Shown here: positions 48,412 through 61,911 of the stretch, piece by piece | How the letters are laid out: every line of letters starts with the position of its first letter | How positions within the stretch are numbered: the first letter of the stretch is position 1 | Assembly (NCBI RefSeq): GCF_006345805.1 | Contig: NC_043004.1 | Coordinates: 90,954,001 to 91,018,000 of the forward strand | From: Octopus sinensis | Taxonomy: Eukaryota | Direction: 5' to 3' | Length of the DNA stretch: 64,000 nt | The notes under the pieces: model-generated | Told to the model about the DNA's origin: nothing | Seen by the model: the letters and a program-made list of their open reading frames with translations, nothing else | Databases searched by the model: none | Position numbers and translations under genes: made by a program

Positions 48412-49985
48412 ATTTAATAATATAATAATGAAATTATAGTATACAGTGCTCAGGTGCACCACAACCTGTCAAAAGTGCATATAAAGTATATGCAGTAATG
48501 TAGAAATGTCTGGAAAGTGAACAATGTATGAGTCAGATACATGCTTGTGTGTGTATGGAGGGAAGGAAATCAGGTGTAGTGTTGGCGAATCTCAGAAAGC
48601 ATGGAAGTTTTGAAGGATGCAGTGCTCCGACAACTAACAACTGATGCCGGCAGTTTGTTCCCATGCTTCAGCAACTCTCAGCATGAAAAAAAAGTTTCCT
48701 AAAGTCATGGGAGCTGTGCTGTTTTCTGACTTTGTAAATATGCCCACGGGTGTTAGACGGGTGGCGTTTGAAAAGGTGCTCAGAGTTATTGTTTGTAAGA
48801 TGGTTGATAATTTTATGGGTGTCTGCCAAGTCAGCTGCCAGATGTCAGAGTTTCAATGTGTCCATGCCCAGAGAAGTAAGGTGTTCAGAATATGGCAAAT
48901 GCCTGATGGAGGGTATTCTTTTGGTTGCACATTGCTGAATGGCTTCCAGACGATTAATATCCTGGGCAAGATAGGGGTTCCAGACCGGTGATGCAAATTC
49001 CAGGTGAGGTCTTACAATAGCTATATAAAGCTGGAGATAGATAGCCAGAGAGCGGCTCACAAAGGACTTGGTGAGTGATGCCAAGACACCCTCAGCCTTC
49101 TTGGCAATTTTAGCAATGTGTTTTGTCCAACTCAAATCGGTCGACAATAACAACCAGGTCACGTTCACACGAAAACTTTTTGAGATTAGTGTTGTGGAGG
49201 GAGTAGGTAGACGCTGGGTTTTTCCTCCCAAAATGCATGATGGTACATTTGTCCACAGCCAGCTTGAGTTGCCAGTCCATGATCCACTGCTGCATTGTGT
49301 CCAGGTCTGATTGCAATAGAGATCTATAGTGTACAGGATCTGACCTCTTTATTTCGAGGTACAGCTTGATGTCATCTGCATATTTCAGCACTGTGGCATT
49401 CTTTAAGTTGGCATCTATGTCATTAACATATGCAACAAATAAAAGGGGGCCAAGAACAGATCCTTGTGGTACACCAGATGTTATCTCATAGGGTGAAGAG
49501 TGCTGTCCTAGAACTGTGACAACCTCTTTTCGGCCGAAAATAAAGGACTTCAACCAGTTATGGAGTTCGTCTCTTACGCCCAACGCAGAGAGTTTCACCA
49601 TAAGTCTTTTGTGTGGCACAGAGTTAAAAGCCTTAGCAAAGTCCAGGTAAACAACATCCACCCAGGATCTGCGATCAGTGATTTGGGTAATGTCCTCAAG
49701 AAACTCGATGAGTTGATTACAGCAGCTGGAGTTAGGAATAAATCAAAATTGTAATGGCTGGATGAGTCTGTGAGACTTCCAGAAGTTCCAGAGGGTTTCC
49801 CTGACACAGGATTCCATCAGTTTGGCGATGCAGCTAGTAAGACTAACGGGGCGATAGTTGACAGGCAATGTGTGGTCACCTTTTTTGAACAGAGGGATAA
49901 CACTGGCAGTTTTCCACTGCTCTGGAGTAACACCATTGTCAAGACAGAATTGGAAGAATAGAGAAAGTTGGCTTAGAAGAAAGTA
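48412..49985 (-). mobile_element. 5'-truncated CR1-clade LINE (first family, longest copy)
   Basis: WKTASVIPLFKKG...NYRPVSLTSCIAK...DVVYLDFAKAF...GVPQGSVLGP...YADD, with frameshifts. Confidence 0.93.
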
Positions 49986-50865
49986 CCTGACTGCCAAAAA
50001 GCCCCTTCATAAATTTTTGCAAATGATATTCACTAGTTATATAGTAATATTCAAGTAGTTATAGAAGATGGAATTATACCCTAATGGACGTAATTAGGTT
50101 ATTTTGAAGTAAAGTTTTAAATACATGGAAGCATTCATGCATGCATGTATGCATTCATACGAAGGCATATACATCTTTATGACTTGAGAGCTGAAAGTGT
50201 GCATATATATATATATATATATATACTATCAGCCTTTTCTTTATGCTCTACTAAAAACTATTGAGTAATATTTATATTTAATGTTATACTGTTTTTGTAA
50301 CTGATTTCACATAAAAACAATATATGTATGCATACATCATCATTGTCATCATTTAATGACAGTTTGACAGGTTCTGGTTGGTCAATGGACTGCATTGTAC
50401 TCCAATGTCTGTGTGTCTGTTCCTGTGGTTTGATGACCTTCCCTAATGCCAACAAATATATACTGTGTGCAGGATGATTTTTTTCTTTTTTTTATGCCTC
50501 TAGCACTATTGGAATCACCATCCAGCTCATAAGACTATAAATCTAGAGGGCGGTGAGGTTGGTTTCATACTCAGTATGAAGGGTTAGAGTTTGAAAAAAG
50601 GAGGGCATGTAGAACAGGTCCTTGTAGAAGAGCTTCACGGTCACTCACATTTAGTATGAGAAGGACAGAATGATCAATAGGAGCTGTAAAAAGACAGGAG
50701 TTGAAGTGTCCTGGCTTTTTTTGGTTTTTTTTTTTGCTGAATTTCTAAGTTACATGGAAAGTTAAGCAAACCAACACAGGTTATCAAGTAATGGTGAGGG
50801 ACAAAGACAAACACATGTACATACATTTATATATATATATATATATACATATATTTATATATATA

Positions 50866-51295
50866 TACTCTTTACTCTCTTTTACTTGTTTCAGTCATTT
50901 GACTGCGGCCATGCTGGAGCACCGCCTTTAATCGAGCAACTTGACCCCGGGACTTATTCTTTTGTAAGCCCAGTACTTATTCTATCGGTCTCTTTTGCCG
51001 AACTGCTAAGTAACGGGGACTTAAACACACCAACATCGGTTGTCAAGCAATGATAGGGGGACAAACACACACACGCATATATATATATACATATATACGA
51101 CGAGCTTCTTTTCAGTTTCCGTCTACCAAATCCACTCACAAGGCTTTGGTCGGCCCGAGGCTATAGTAGAAGACACTTGCCTAAGGTGCCATGCAGTGGG
51201 ACTGAACCCGGAACCATGAGGTTAGTAAACAAGCTACTTACCACACAGCCACTCCTGCGCCTATATCCACACAGCCACTGCTGCGCCTATATGAT
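50866..51295 (-). mobile_element. Bipartite CORE SINE, full length, with a duplicated 26-bp head
   Basis: Consensus-like body; ccacacagccactc/gctgcgcctatat occurs twice at 51241-51293. Confidence 0.9.
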
Positions 51296-51767
51296 GAACT
51301 TCTTTCAGTTTCTATCTACTAAATCCACTCACAAGGCTTTGGTCAGCCCAGGCCTAATGTAGAAAACAATCACTTAAGGTGCCACTCAGTGGAACTCAAC
51401 CCAGACCTTGTGGCTAGGAAGCAAACTTCTTGCCACACAGTCTCACCATATATCACTTTCACTATCATCATTTTCATCATTGTTGTTTATATGTCTGCTT
51501 TTTCCATGTTGATATGGGTTGGATGAGATTTGCCAAGGCAATATTCTGTGCTCAGATGCTCTTTGTGTTACCAACCCTTGCTCATTTATCAAATAAAGTA
51601 CTTTTATTGACAATAGATCCTATTATTGAGGATATATAAAAATTTCAGTCCCAAACCATTGGTGAGCTTGAGGCTATGGCAGCAGACACTTGCTCAAGGT
51701 GCAAACATAGCTGCAAAGAGAACTTTGTAACCACATAGCCATATATATGTATGTATGTACATATATG

Positions 51768-51926
51768 TGTAGTAGGCATTAGGAAGGGCATCCAGCCGTA
51801 GAAACATTGCCAGATCAGACTGGGCCTGGTGCAGCCTTCTGACTTCCCAGACCCCAGTTGAACCGTCCAACCCATGCTAGCATGGAAAGCGGACGCTAAA
51901 CGATGATGATGATGATGATGATGATG
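51768..51926 (+). mobile_element. (ATG)n-tailed SINE-like element
   Basis: ggcattaggaagggcatccagccgtagaaac...cgatgatgatg. Confidence 0.9.
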
Positions 51927-52844
51927 TATGTAATGTTGGATTCAGTACCAAAATACATGAAGTTTTGTAAACGAAAATGAGAACATCTAACTCATTAGAT
52001 GCTTTGTATCACTATGGCAAAGAAGAATATGGCTAGCTTTCAAGTGAGAAAAGTTGAGAGAGTTATGTGGTGGTAGAGGTTTCTATTGGTTGGTAAGGTC
52101 GTGTGTTGAAGATGACTGGTAAGTGACAACAGATGTTCTTTGGTGTTCTTCATATTGGAATGGACAGGCCTTCGATGTGATCCAGTCTATCACATACTAA
52201 AGCTGATAGGTCAGTGGCAGTAGATGGAAATTATGCCAGCAGCCATAAGGTTGTAGTTTCAATTCCCAGACTGGTTGACTTGTTGTGTTCTAAAGCAAAA
52301 CACTTCACATCATATTACTCCAGTCTACTCATCTGTAAAATGAGTACCAACAGCAACAGATGGGAGTTAACCTCATGGTTGACTGGCATCTGATTCAAAG
52401 GGGAGTATAGTGCTCTTGATCATTTATACATTTAGGAAACAGAGACAAGCCCTGGCTTAACCTTTGAAACTACAAATATGCTTTAGTGGAGAGTAACACA
52501 CAGTTTTGTGTTTATGGCTGAAAATAATATTTTGGCCAATTAGGAAGCCATAAACACAAAACCACATGATCACCTTTTTTCTTTGATGGATATAAGTCAA
52601 ATAAAATTACACCTGCAAAGCATACTTGTGGGTTCAAATGGTAGAGTGAATTGTAGGCGCATGACAGAAATATTTACCCATTCTTTAACATAATAAGTAC
52701 AGCACAATTTGGTGGAATCAACTGTACAAATTTTATAATTGAATATATAACTTTAACCTGTCATATCATCTTGTATGTATGTATGTATGTAATTATTTAT
52801 GCATGCATACTTGCTTGTCTGTCTATTTGGTTGTTTGTGAAATA

Positions 52845-53735
52845 CAGGGGTTGGACAAAACACCTAGCATCATATTTTTAAAATATCTATAAAACTGTCA
52901 AAAGCTTGTTTATTTTTATGTTTTTCGATTTATCATTAGTATTGCTTAATATGTTTTACTAAAATTGCCCTTTCTTTTCAGATATAATCAGAAAAAGGTA
53001 ATTAAAATGACAAAAACAAACATTGCAAAGTGTTTAGACTGGAGTAAAAACCTACAGAATTGGTCCCTAGAGCAGTGGAAGAATGTTATTTTCTCAGACA
53101 AGTCATCCTTTACCTTATTTCCAACCACCAGCTAAGTATACGTGTGGAGACTGCCAAAAGAAGCATTTGACCCAGACTGCCTTCTTCCAACTGTTAAACA
53201 TGGAGGAGGATCTGTGATGATCTGGGGGCTGGGGCTATATCTTGGAAATCTGCCGGCCCATTCGTTTCCCTTCATGGCAGAATTAATAGTCAAGACTATT
53301 TAAGCATTTTATTTGATCAAATTCATCCTATGGTTGCAGAACTGTTTCTGGAGGGAAACATAATCTTTCAGGATGATAATGCACCAATTCACACACCTCA
53401 AGTTGTTGCTGCATAGCATGAGGAACATTCTAATGAAGTTGAACATCCTATCTGGCCACCACAGTCCCCAGATCTCAATATTATTGAACATTTATGGTGC
53501 ATTTTAGAAAAACAAGTAAGGAGTCAATATACTCCACCATCATCATCACTACAAGAACTGGAGACTGTTTTAGCTGAAGAATGGACAAAAGTTCCTTTCG
53601 AAACAATTCAAACTTTATACGAGTACATACATCATAGAATTCAAGCTGTAGTTACTGCCAAAGGTGGTCCTACCCCATATTAAAATAAATTTGTTTGAAA
53701 TTTTAAGATGTTTCCATTATTTTGTCCAAACACTG
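52845..53735 (+). mobile_element. Internally deleted Tc1-like element with DD36E catalytic spacing
   Basis: TIRs caggggttggacaaaa / ttttgtccaaacactg with TA flanks. VIFSDKSSF...[11 protein letters not shown]...FQDDNAPIH-...-WPPQSPDLNIIEHLW; 36 residues between D and E. Confidence 0.9.
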
Positions 53736-54387
53736 TATATTTCATGATTCATTGAAAGTATTTAATCTGTATATTTCATGTACATTTGTACCCTGGTTAA
53801 ACTGACTGCTTCATTAAACAGTTGCAAAACCTGTTTTCATGGTGATTGTTACAAGCCAGTAGTTCAAGTATCACAAGCTGTCAGTAGATATATTTAACAA
53901 CATTTACACATTTATTGAGTATTCATTATTGTAGATTTATTCATTGTTATTATTTACACTTTCAGACTTTCCTGAAGTGGTTAATAGAGTCAGTCAGTTA
54001 GAAGAGGTGGCTGACACCTTTCACTTGCAAATTCTTCTTCATATCCCAACATATAAGAAATCATATTCCCAGCAAAAGGCAACATTTGTAGGATACTTAT
54101 AAATGTCATTGTCTGCAATTTTGTAGACAATGATATACATACATATATGCATGCATACCTACATACATGCATGCATGCATGAGGTTATGTGATTTCACAC
54201 TTATGGAAATTGTAATGTATATGACCATTAATTTTGGGATACAATCTGTAATTCCACTCTTACAGAAACTTGTATTGTGTAGCTTTAAATTGTTAACAGT
54301 TCAAAACTACTCTTTCTTCTTACCTCAATGACTACTTGTGTTTTAGTTAAGATCAAAGTAAATAATAAACAATTCGAAAGACTATCA

Positions 54388-54783
54388 TCATATTGGGATG
54401 GAAGCACTCCGGCGGTCACGATGACGAGGGTTCCGGTTGATCCGAATCAACGGAACAGCCTGCTCATGAAATTAACATGTAAGTGGCTGAGCACTCCACA
54501 GACACGTGTACCCTTAACGTAGTTCTCGGGGATATTCAGCGTGACACAGAGAGTGACAAGGCCGGCCCTTTGAAATACAGGTACAACAGAAACAGGAAGT
54601 AAGAGTGAGAGAAAGTTGTGGTGAAAGAGTACAGCAGGGATCACCACCATCCCCTGCCGGAGCCTCGTGGAGCTTTTAGGTGTTTTCACTCAATAAACAC
54701 TCACAACGCCCGGTCTGGGAATCGAAACCGCGATCCTATGACCGCAAGTCTGCTGCCCTAACCACTGGGCCATTGCGCCTCCA
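54388..54783 (-). mobile_element. tRNA-derived SINE (fourth family), young copy
   Basis: Minus-strand head gtggaggcgcaatggcccagtggttaggg...ggtttcgattccc (A and B boxes); CpG-rich body. Confidence 0.85.
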
Positions 54784-54949
54784 CTTATCATCATATTACA
54801 CACATACATGCATACCCACATACAAACATGTACATATAATGCGCATAAGGGATGCACAACCATTTTCGTCCAAACAGCCAAATCATGAATTCAGTCACTT
54901 AAGGCAGGCTGTAAGTTATATCATATAATTTGGATAATCAAGGAACATA

Positions 54950-55680
54950 CAAAAACAGTACTTTGGTAAATTTAGTTATAATTTTTAATCAAGATATTAA
55001 TCATAACATTATTTTTAACAAAGCATTGCTTATTTTAGACAATGCACTGAGACCCCCAGCTAGCGTTAGATGACCTTTCTGATACTGTGAGAATAGAATA
55101 TATCCTTAAGAATACAACTTTGTTGCTCCTGTCAATAGATTAAAATGTGATAGCTAACTATATATATAAGAAGAATTTTCAAACAGCTTATGAAAGTAAT
55201 TGACGGGGAGGATAAACCTAGAGTCAGAGATTTCAAGAAGAAGTTCATCATAATGGATGCTGGGTCATGGGAAGAAGTGAAACCTTCAATTGTGAATAAT
55301 GTATCCATGACATTAGAAGTTTTCCTCAAGCAGAAAGTCCACATCAGATTCAGAAAGATGTAACATTTGCAAAGGACCGAGGATTTGATGAAGTCATAGA
55401 TGATGATGTGATCGAGTTGCTAGTGTCTTAGAGAGAAAGTTTATCTTACAAGGAGCTGATGCTAGAAAAAGAACAAGCTGAGAATATAGATGTGACAACA
55501 GAAGTTCTACCTACACCATTTGAATTGACAACAAAAATTACTGTGAAAGGGTTGGCACTTATAGAGGAAGTTCTGCAGTTTTTTTACTGATAACAATTCT
55601 AATCATGAGAATAACATAACAATTTACAAGAGGAGTTTACAATGAGCTCTGATCCTGTACTGAGCTGTACAAAGAGATGA
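54950..55680 (+). mobile_element. Tigger/pogo (CENP-B-like DDE_1) transposase relic
   Basis: KALLILDNA...NTTLLL.SID*NVIA...YIRR.F...WEEVKPS...GFDEVIDDDVIELL...ESLSYKELM. Confidence 0.75.
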
Positions 55681-55877
55681 TGTGTCAAAAACAACAAACA
55701 AGTTTGAATAAGATTTTCTATGATCAGATCCTGTTTATGTCACTGATCCTTACCTGTTTTTCCAAGCAAGGCAATATTTCCCCTAGTTCTTTGATCATGA
55801 AAACAAAATTCTGCATAACATCTCAAAATTTAAAGGATGAATGGCTGTACAAAAATAAAATAAAAAAGAATACAATA

Positions 55878-56290
55878 TACACAGGAGTGACTGTGTGGTA
55901 AGTAGCTAACCAACCACATGGTTCCGGGTTCAGTCCTACTGCGTGGCATCTTGGGCAAGTGTCTTCTGCTATAGCCTCGGGCCGACCAATGCCTTGTGAG
56001 TGGATTTGGTAGACGGAAACTGAAAGAAGCCTGTCGTATATATGTATATATATATATAAGTGTGTGTGTATATGTTTGTGTGTTAGTGTTTGTCCCCCTA
56101 GGATTGCTTGACAACTGATGCTGGTGTGTTTACGTCCCCGTCACCTAGCGGTTCGGCAAAAGAGACGGATAGAATAAGTACTGGGCTTACAAAGAATAAG
56201 TCCCGGGGTTGATTTGCTCGACTAAAGGCGGTGCTCCAGCATGGCTGCAGTCAAACGACTGAAACAAGTAAAAGAGTAAAAGAGAGAGAG
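55878..56290 (+). mobile_element. Bipartite CORE SINE, full length
   Basis: caggagtgactgtgtgg...gtaaaagagtaaaagagagagag, flanked by an imperfect duplication tacaaaaataaaataaaa...aatatac. Confidence 0.9.
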
Positions 56291-57829
56291 TATACAAAAA
56301 TAAAATAAAATAAAATATACAGAAACAAAAATAAAACACCTTTATGTTTTATATTTTATTAAATGTATTTTCTTTACAACCTTGTTTTGGACAAGTTAAA
56401 AAATTTACATTAAATTCAATTCGAAAGATTACATACAACCACATGTATGAATGCATATAGATAAACAGAGTTATTAGTGAGGGATTATCAATCCAGACAA
56501 AATACTTTATAAGCTCTCTATTAGTACACCAAGGTAACAATGATGTTTAGATCAGTAAAGAACTCTGCGTATTCTGACAGGATCCAAGATTATAGTTCAT
56601 CACTATTCTATATTGTAAATCCATGGTTGTGCTCCAGAATAAATAATGGTCATAGCATATTCTTTTTTATTGTAGTAAATTCAATCTCAACCGGTTAACG
56701 GGCCAATTGAGTAAACCTATCAATAACAAAACTATAATAACTACTAGAAACAGCTGTCAGTCAAATTTACTACAATAAAGAAAAAAAGTAATGACCATTA
56801 TTTATGCCTTGTCTTACACACACACACACACACATACATATAGACTACTTCTAGATAATATTGTCGGCAATCTGGCTTGAAAGAAACTAAAAAGTACTAG
56901 CGCAGATTAGCTGAAGGATATATACATACATACGTATGTATATATATATTACAGTATATGCATGAATATATCATCATTATTATCATCATTGTTTTAATGT
57001 CCAATTTTCGATGCACACATTAGTCAGAGAGAATTCATAGGAGAAACTTTCTGTAGCCTGGATGATACCCTTTCTGTCACCAAATCTTACCAGTTTCCAA
57101 GCAAAGTAATATTTCCCCAAAGCCAGACATAATTCCACATAAGATTGGAAAAGAAACGACACCGCTTGTATGCTGGTGATACTTATTTACAATTGTCTTG
57201 ACGACACAAACATGCCCACCAACATATGCGCATGCACACACACACACTTATTTATGATAAGCGTCAGTGTCTGTCTACCAAGTCCATTCACAAGGCTTTG
57301 GTTGGCTTGGGCAAGCCATGTCTGTGCCTCTTATATTTATTAAGTGTGTGTGTGCGCATATGTGTGTGTATATATACACTCACACACATACATACATAAC
57401 ATGGACCAAATTTCTTCTTAAGAAAAAATATATATTCATATAAATTAAACATTATATCATGAATAGCGATTGCGAAACTGGTCGATACATTAAAAATTAT
57501 ATTATAACCATGTAAGTGTGCGTATTTTTCTTTTTTTATTTTCTTATATATATATATATATATATATATGAATGAAAAGCCAAAATCTTCAACTTAAATA
57601 CATCAATACCAGTTTAAGCTGAAAGTGAATATAAATATTTTTACAAGTGAATATGCTGACTAGCAACTAATGTTTCGTAATGTGAAACATAACTTCTGAC
57701 CAGCTGCATCAAGGAACTTAAGAATGTATTCAACACATTCACTAAACATAGTCACTCATAATAAGTATAACAAGAAAAATGAACAAGTACAACAACAATA
57801 ATGAACTTAATGTATATGTGTATGTCTGA

Positions 57830-57837
57830 GCATATAT

Positions 57838-57880
<43 letters not shown>

Positions 57881-57887
57881 TATATAT

Positions 57888-57948
<61 letters not shown>

Positions 57949-57985
57949 ATATATATATATATATATAGATATATATATATATAAT

Positions 57986-58056
<71 letters not shown>

Positions 58057-58083
58057 ATATATGTATGTACATACGTACGTATG

Positions 58084-58115
<32 letters not shown>

Positions 58116-58130
58116 CATACACACATCAAT
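57830..58130. repeat. (TA)n microsatellite field
   Basis: Read directly from the sequence. Confidence 0.95.
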
Positions 58131-58307
58131 TCATATATCATTGTCACAATTTATGTAATTTCAGCTTAAAAAAAGTTTTTTAATTTATAACCAACTATAC
58201 ATTCTTGTATCTCTAACTGGGATACACACACACACACACTCATTAATATTTAACACGATAATAAAAGGTAAACAGTGGCATGTCTCTTGTAAGGAATGTG
58301 ATTCATC

Positions 58308-58379
<72 letters not shown>

Positions 58380-59310
58380 GTATATGTGTTTATATATGTT
58401 AAATACATACATACATACATATATATATATATATATGTAGGATAAAATTTTTTTCTGGAAAAAAAATTTCATCAATGGCCAGCATATCAAAAAATACCTT
58501 TAAAGGTTAAATTTATAAATAATTTACAATATAAGGGCAAAAGGAAAATTCTAATGCCAAATATGCCGAAAAAAAATTGTAAATTATTTATATATATATA
58601 TGTATATAAAATATATAAAAGCGTAGTTGGGATAGAATTTACTTGTACGTTGAGGCATTACTATAATTTTTTATATATTTATTAATTTTATAAGATTTTT
58701 AGAGTATACATAGTAATTAGTTTATTAATTATTTAATTTATTTAGTATTAAGTATTATTTATCATAGTTATTTTAATAGTAAATCTTATAGTATAGAGTG
58801 GTTCTATTCTTTAATTGTGTATATAATAGCATAAATGGATAAAACTAAATGTTTACATGTATGTTTGTATGGAAGTATGAATATAGGCATTTATATATGT
58901 ATGTATTCATATGATATATGTGTATGTGTGTGTATGTATGGATATTTTAAATTAATCTATATGTATGTAATTTCATTTATATATATATATATATATATAT
59001 CCACATATATATATATATATATCCATATATATATATCCATATATACACACATATGTATATAAATACAAATACATACATATGTGTATATTATATATATATA
59101 CACATATACACATGTATGAAATCATGTATACATGTATTCATAAATATACATTTACAAAATACAAAATATGGGGGTCTAGTTCACAGGTGATTTAAATTAC
59201 TAGGTATGGTAGGTAAGTGCTGTAATGGATAACTAGGGCTCTAATGTAGTTATGGATTACTAGAGCTGAGACGATAGTTATGGAGCCATTGTAGATTTCC
59301 AATATAGCGG

Positions 59311-59590
59311 ATATATAATTGTTAAAGAGGATAACAAACGTTAAGGCAAGGCAAACATCTCAAGTCAAATACATTCTCTCCTGTCCTCTATGTTGTCATT
59401 TCATTAACCTATATCTTTATTCCCTTTCTCCTGTCCTCTATGTTGTCTCCAATGACGGAATATCCCATATTCTGGGCTATCCCAGAAACAGCTGTTAAGA
59501 CTTTGAATTTTTTTCCAATAATAATAATGTATATGACTTGAGATGTTTGCCTTGCCTTAACATTTATTGTCCTCTTTGACAAGTATATAT
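59311..59590. repeat. Inverted repeat / MITE-like element just downstream of the hillarin-like stop codon
   Basis: 59319-59375 vs 59526-59582: 57 bp with 5 mismatches, TA-rich flanks. The loop carries a 21-bp direct repeat (tctcctgtcctctatgttgtc). Confidence 0.9.
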
Positions 59591-59671
59591 ATATATATAT
59601 ATATATTTATATGTAAGTATGTATAGTATATATAAAATGCAATGTTTCATTAAAAGAATGGAAACCAAAAT

Positions 59672-61147
59672 TTACTTGATTTTTTTAGAGAAAAATCGCT
59701 TTAACTGAGATTTTTCTGATTTACCATTACTGCTGAGAGTGGATGACTGACTCAGGGTGCCAAAATTGTCATCAGTGTAGTGGATAATGTAGTTGTATAC
59801 ATTCATAAAACCTGTATTGTCTTTCTGGTTGTTCTTAGCATATATGGACAACATATATGTATTTTTCTCAGGCAGTGATACTACCAACTTCACACTAGTT
59901 GAAGAATCATTTTTTTTGATAACTACAGTATCTGGACATTCAACATTTCGTTCTTTTGTCAGGTTGCAAGCAAACTCTGTGTCTTTCAGACAACTAAGTT
60001 TAATTTGTAGTGGGTTTGAATTAACATTAATGTGAGGTTCAGGGTGGCTTACAGTCTGTATTTGAAAGTTACTGAAGTTATCTGTTGGTCCCCATGATTT
60101 CTCTTTAGGAATAGGAGTTGTTGATTCAGTATCTGACTTTTCAATGTATGGAATTGTCACAGGAATATCAACACCTGAGCAGTTATCAGGTACTTGCATA
60201 TATGAGCCACTTGACTACCATCAGTGCTGGAAGTTGTATGTGTAAATACATCGAGACCATATTGGCCAGAATTTGGTAATGTAAATGACGCAACCATTTT
60301 TGTGCCCTTTATGTCAACAGATACATATTTTTCAAGAAAACTGTCAGCAACACGGTTCATTCTTAGTTTTACCACTGGTTTCAGTGGATAGGGCACTTCA
60401 AACAACAGCTCTGCACAATTATAAACATTCAAGAGACCACCTTTTAGATTTTCTTTATCAGTCAAATCCATATCTTCAGGATAAATCTGTTTGATACCAA
60501 AGTGACGCATTGCTTTTTTAGGCCCCCATTCACCAGAAGCACACTGTGGGAGTGGAAGCATTTTACCAGTTATTTCTTCGCAAACAACCTTGAATTTACA
60601 AGTGCATTTCAACCGAACTGGTGAGCTGACAGAGAAATGGTTCGGAAACTTTTTATCATCTTCAATTTTATTGGCAAAGATCTCGATATAATAGGCACCT
60701 GTTGTTGGAACATGGATGTTAAAGATGGCAACATTATCATGCATTGTCTGGAACACATAGTCTTGAAAATTAATATTTTTATGCAAAGTATTTTGTTTTT
60801 CTTTATCAGCAGAACGAAGTTGGTAGAAGAACAACAGTGAATCTTCAAGGTCTTCTGGCACCCGTATCTTTAAATCAACTCCACCTTTGTTGTTTGTGTA
60901 CAGCACTGATTGATAAGCTTTCTCAAACTTCATGTGATGGTGGAAAAAAATGGAACGAACAAAAGGCATAGCTTCAAAATTTTCCAGTGATATCGGTTTC
61001 TGTAGCAGTTGCCATTCCTGGTCATAGGGGTAAAATTCCTGAATGAATTCATCTGGATCTGTCAGAAAGTAGTGTTCATCATACTGGTATCTGATGTGGT
61101 CCCGGTTATTCTTTTCTTGCATTTTATCCTTATTTAAAACCAGGTGT
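59672..61147 (-). CDS. Terminal coding exon of a hillarin/KY-like (transglutaminase-like domain family) protein, with a 1-nt frameshift at ~60184
   Basis: A polypyrimidine tract plus AG acceptor at 61148-61149 precedes (R)HLVLNKD...YQYDEHYFLTDPDEFIQEFYP..QEWQLL..PISLENFEAMPFVRSIFF, which resembles the post-catalytic region of hillarin. Repeated beta-rich modules follow (P..G.Y..EIF/DVF/SIY). Adding one A (ata a[a]c tgc, I-N-C) joins ORFs 60157-61158 and 59672-60199 into 491 codons plus stop. Upstream exons lie beyond the window. Confidence 0.8.
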
Positions 61148-61192
61148 CTAGAAAACAAGAGAAAAACAAAAAAAAAGAATTAGAAACAGAGA

Positions 61193-61246
<54 letters not shown>

Positions 61247-61451
61247 TTACATATAATAGGTTTTTCTACCTATTATATACGTTTTTATTATTATTTTTTG
61301 CAATTTACTTAATCTTTGACATTTTATTGTTATTTTGATTTCAATTTTTCTATTATATGTAATTTTCTAGATGGTGTAATTTAATTGTTCATTTTGAATT
61401 GATAAAAGGTGTTTTTTTCTAATTTTATATATATAAATACATATGCGTACA

Positions 61452-61833
61452 TACTCTTTTACTTGTTTCAGTCATTTAACTGCGGCCATGCTGGAGCACA
61501 GCCTTTAGTCGAGCAAATCGACCCCGGGACTTATTCTTTGTAAGCCCAGTACTTATTCTATCGGTCTTTTTTGCCGAACCGCTAAGTGACGGGGACGTAA
61601 ACACACCAGCATCGGTTGTCAAGCAATGCTAGGGGGACAAACACAGAGACACAAGCACACACACACATACATATATATATATATACATATATACGACAGG
61701 CTACCAAATCTACTCACAAGGCATTGGTCGGCCCGGGGCTATAGCAGAAGATACTTGCCCAAGATGCCACGCAGTGGGACTGAACCCGGAACCATGTGGT
61801 TGGTTAGCAAGCTACTTACCACACAGCCACTCC
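61452..61833 (-). mobile_element. Bipartite CORE SINE in the last intron of the hillarin-like gene
   Basis: Consensus body with a short internal deletion after acgacagg. Confidence 0.9.
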
Positions 61834-61911
61834 TGTTGTGTGGTATATATATATATATGTAAAAATACATATGCATACATACATATACACACACACACAC
61901 ACATATATATA

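Noticed and set aside
60176-60194. 19-nt GT-AG micro-intron or programmed -1 frameshift explaining the hillarin-like break
   Set aside because: Removing 19 nt gives C-K-C-stop rather than the downstream frame, and there is no X-XXY-YYZ slippery site.
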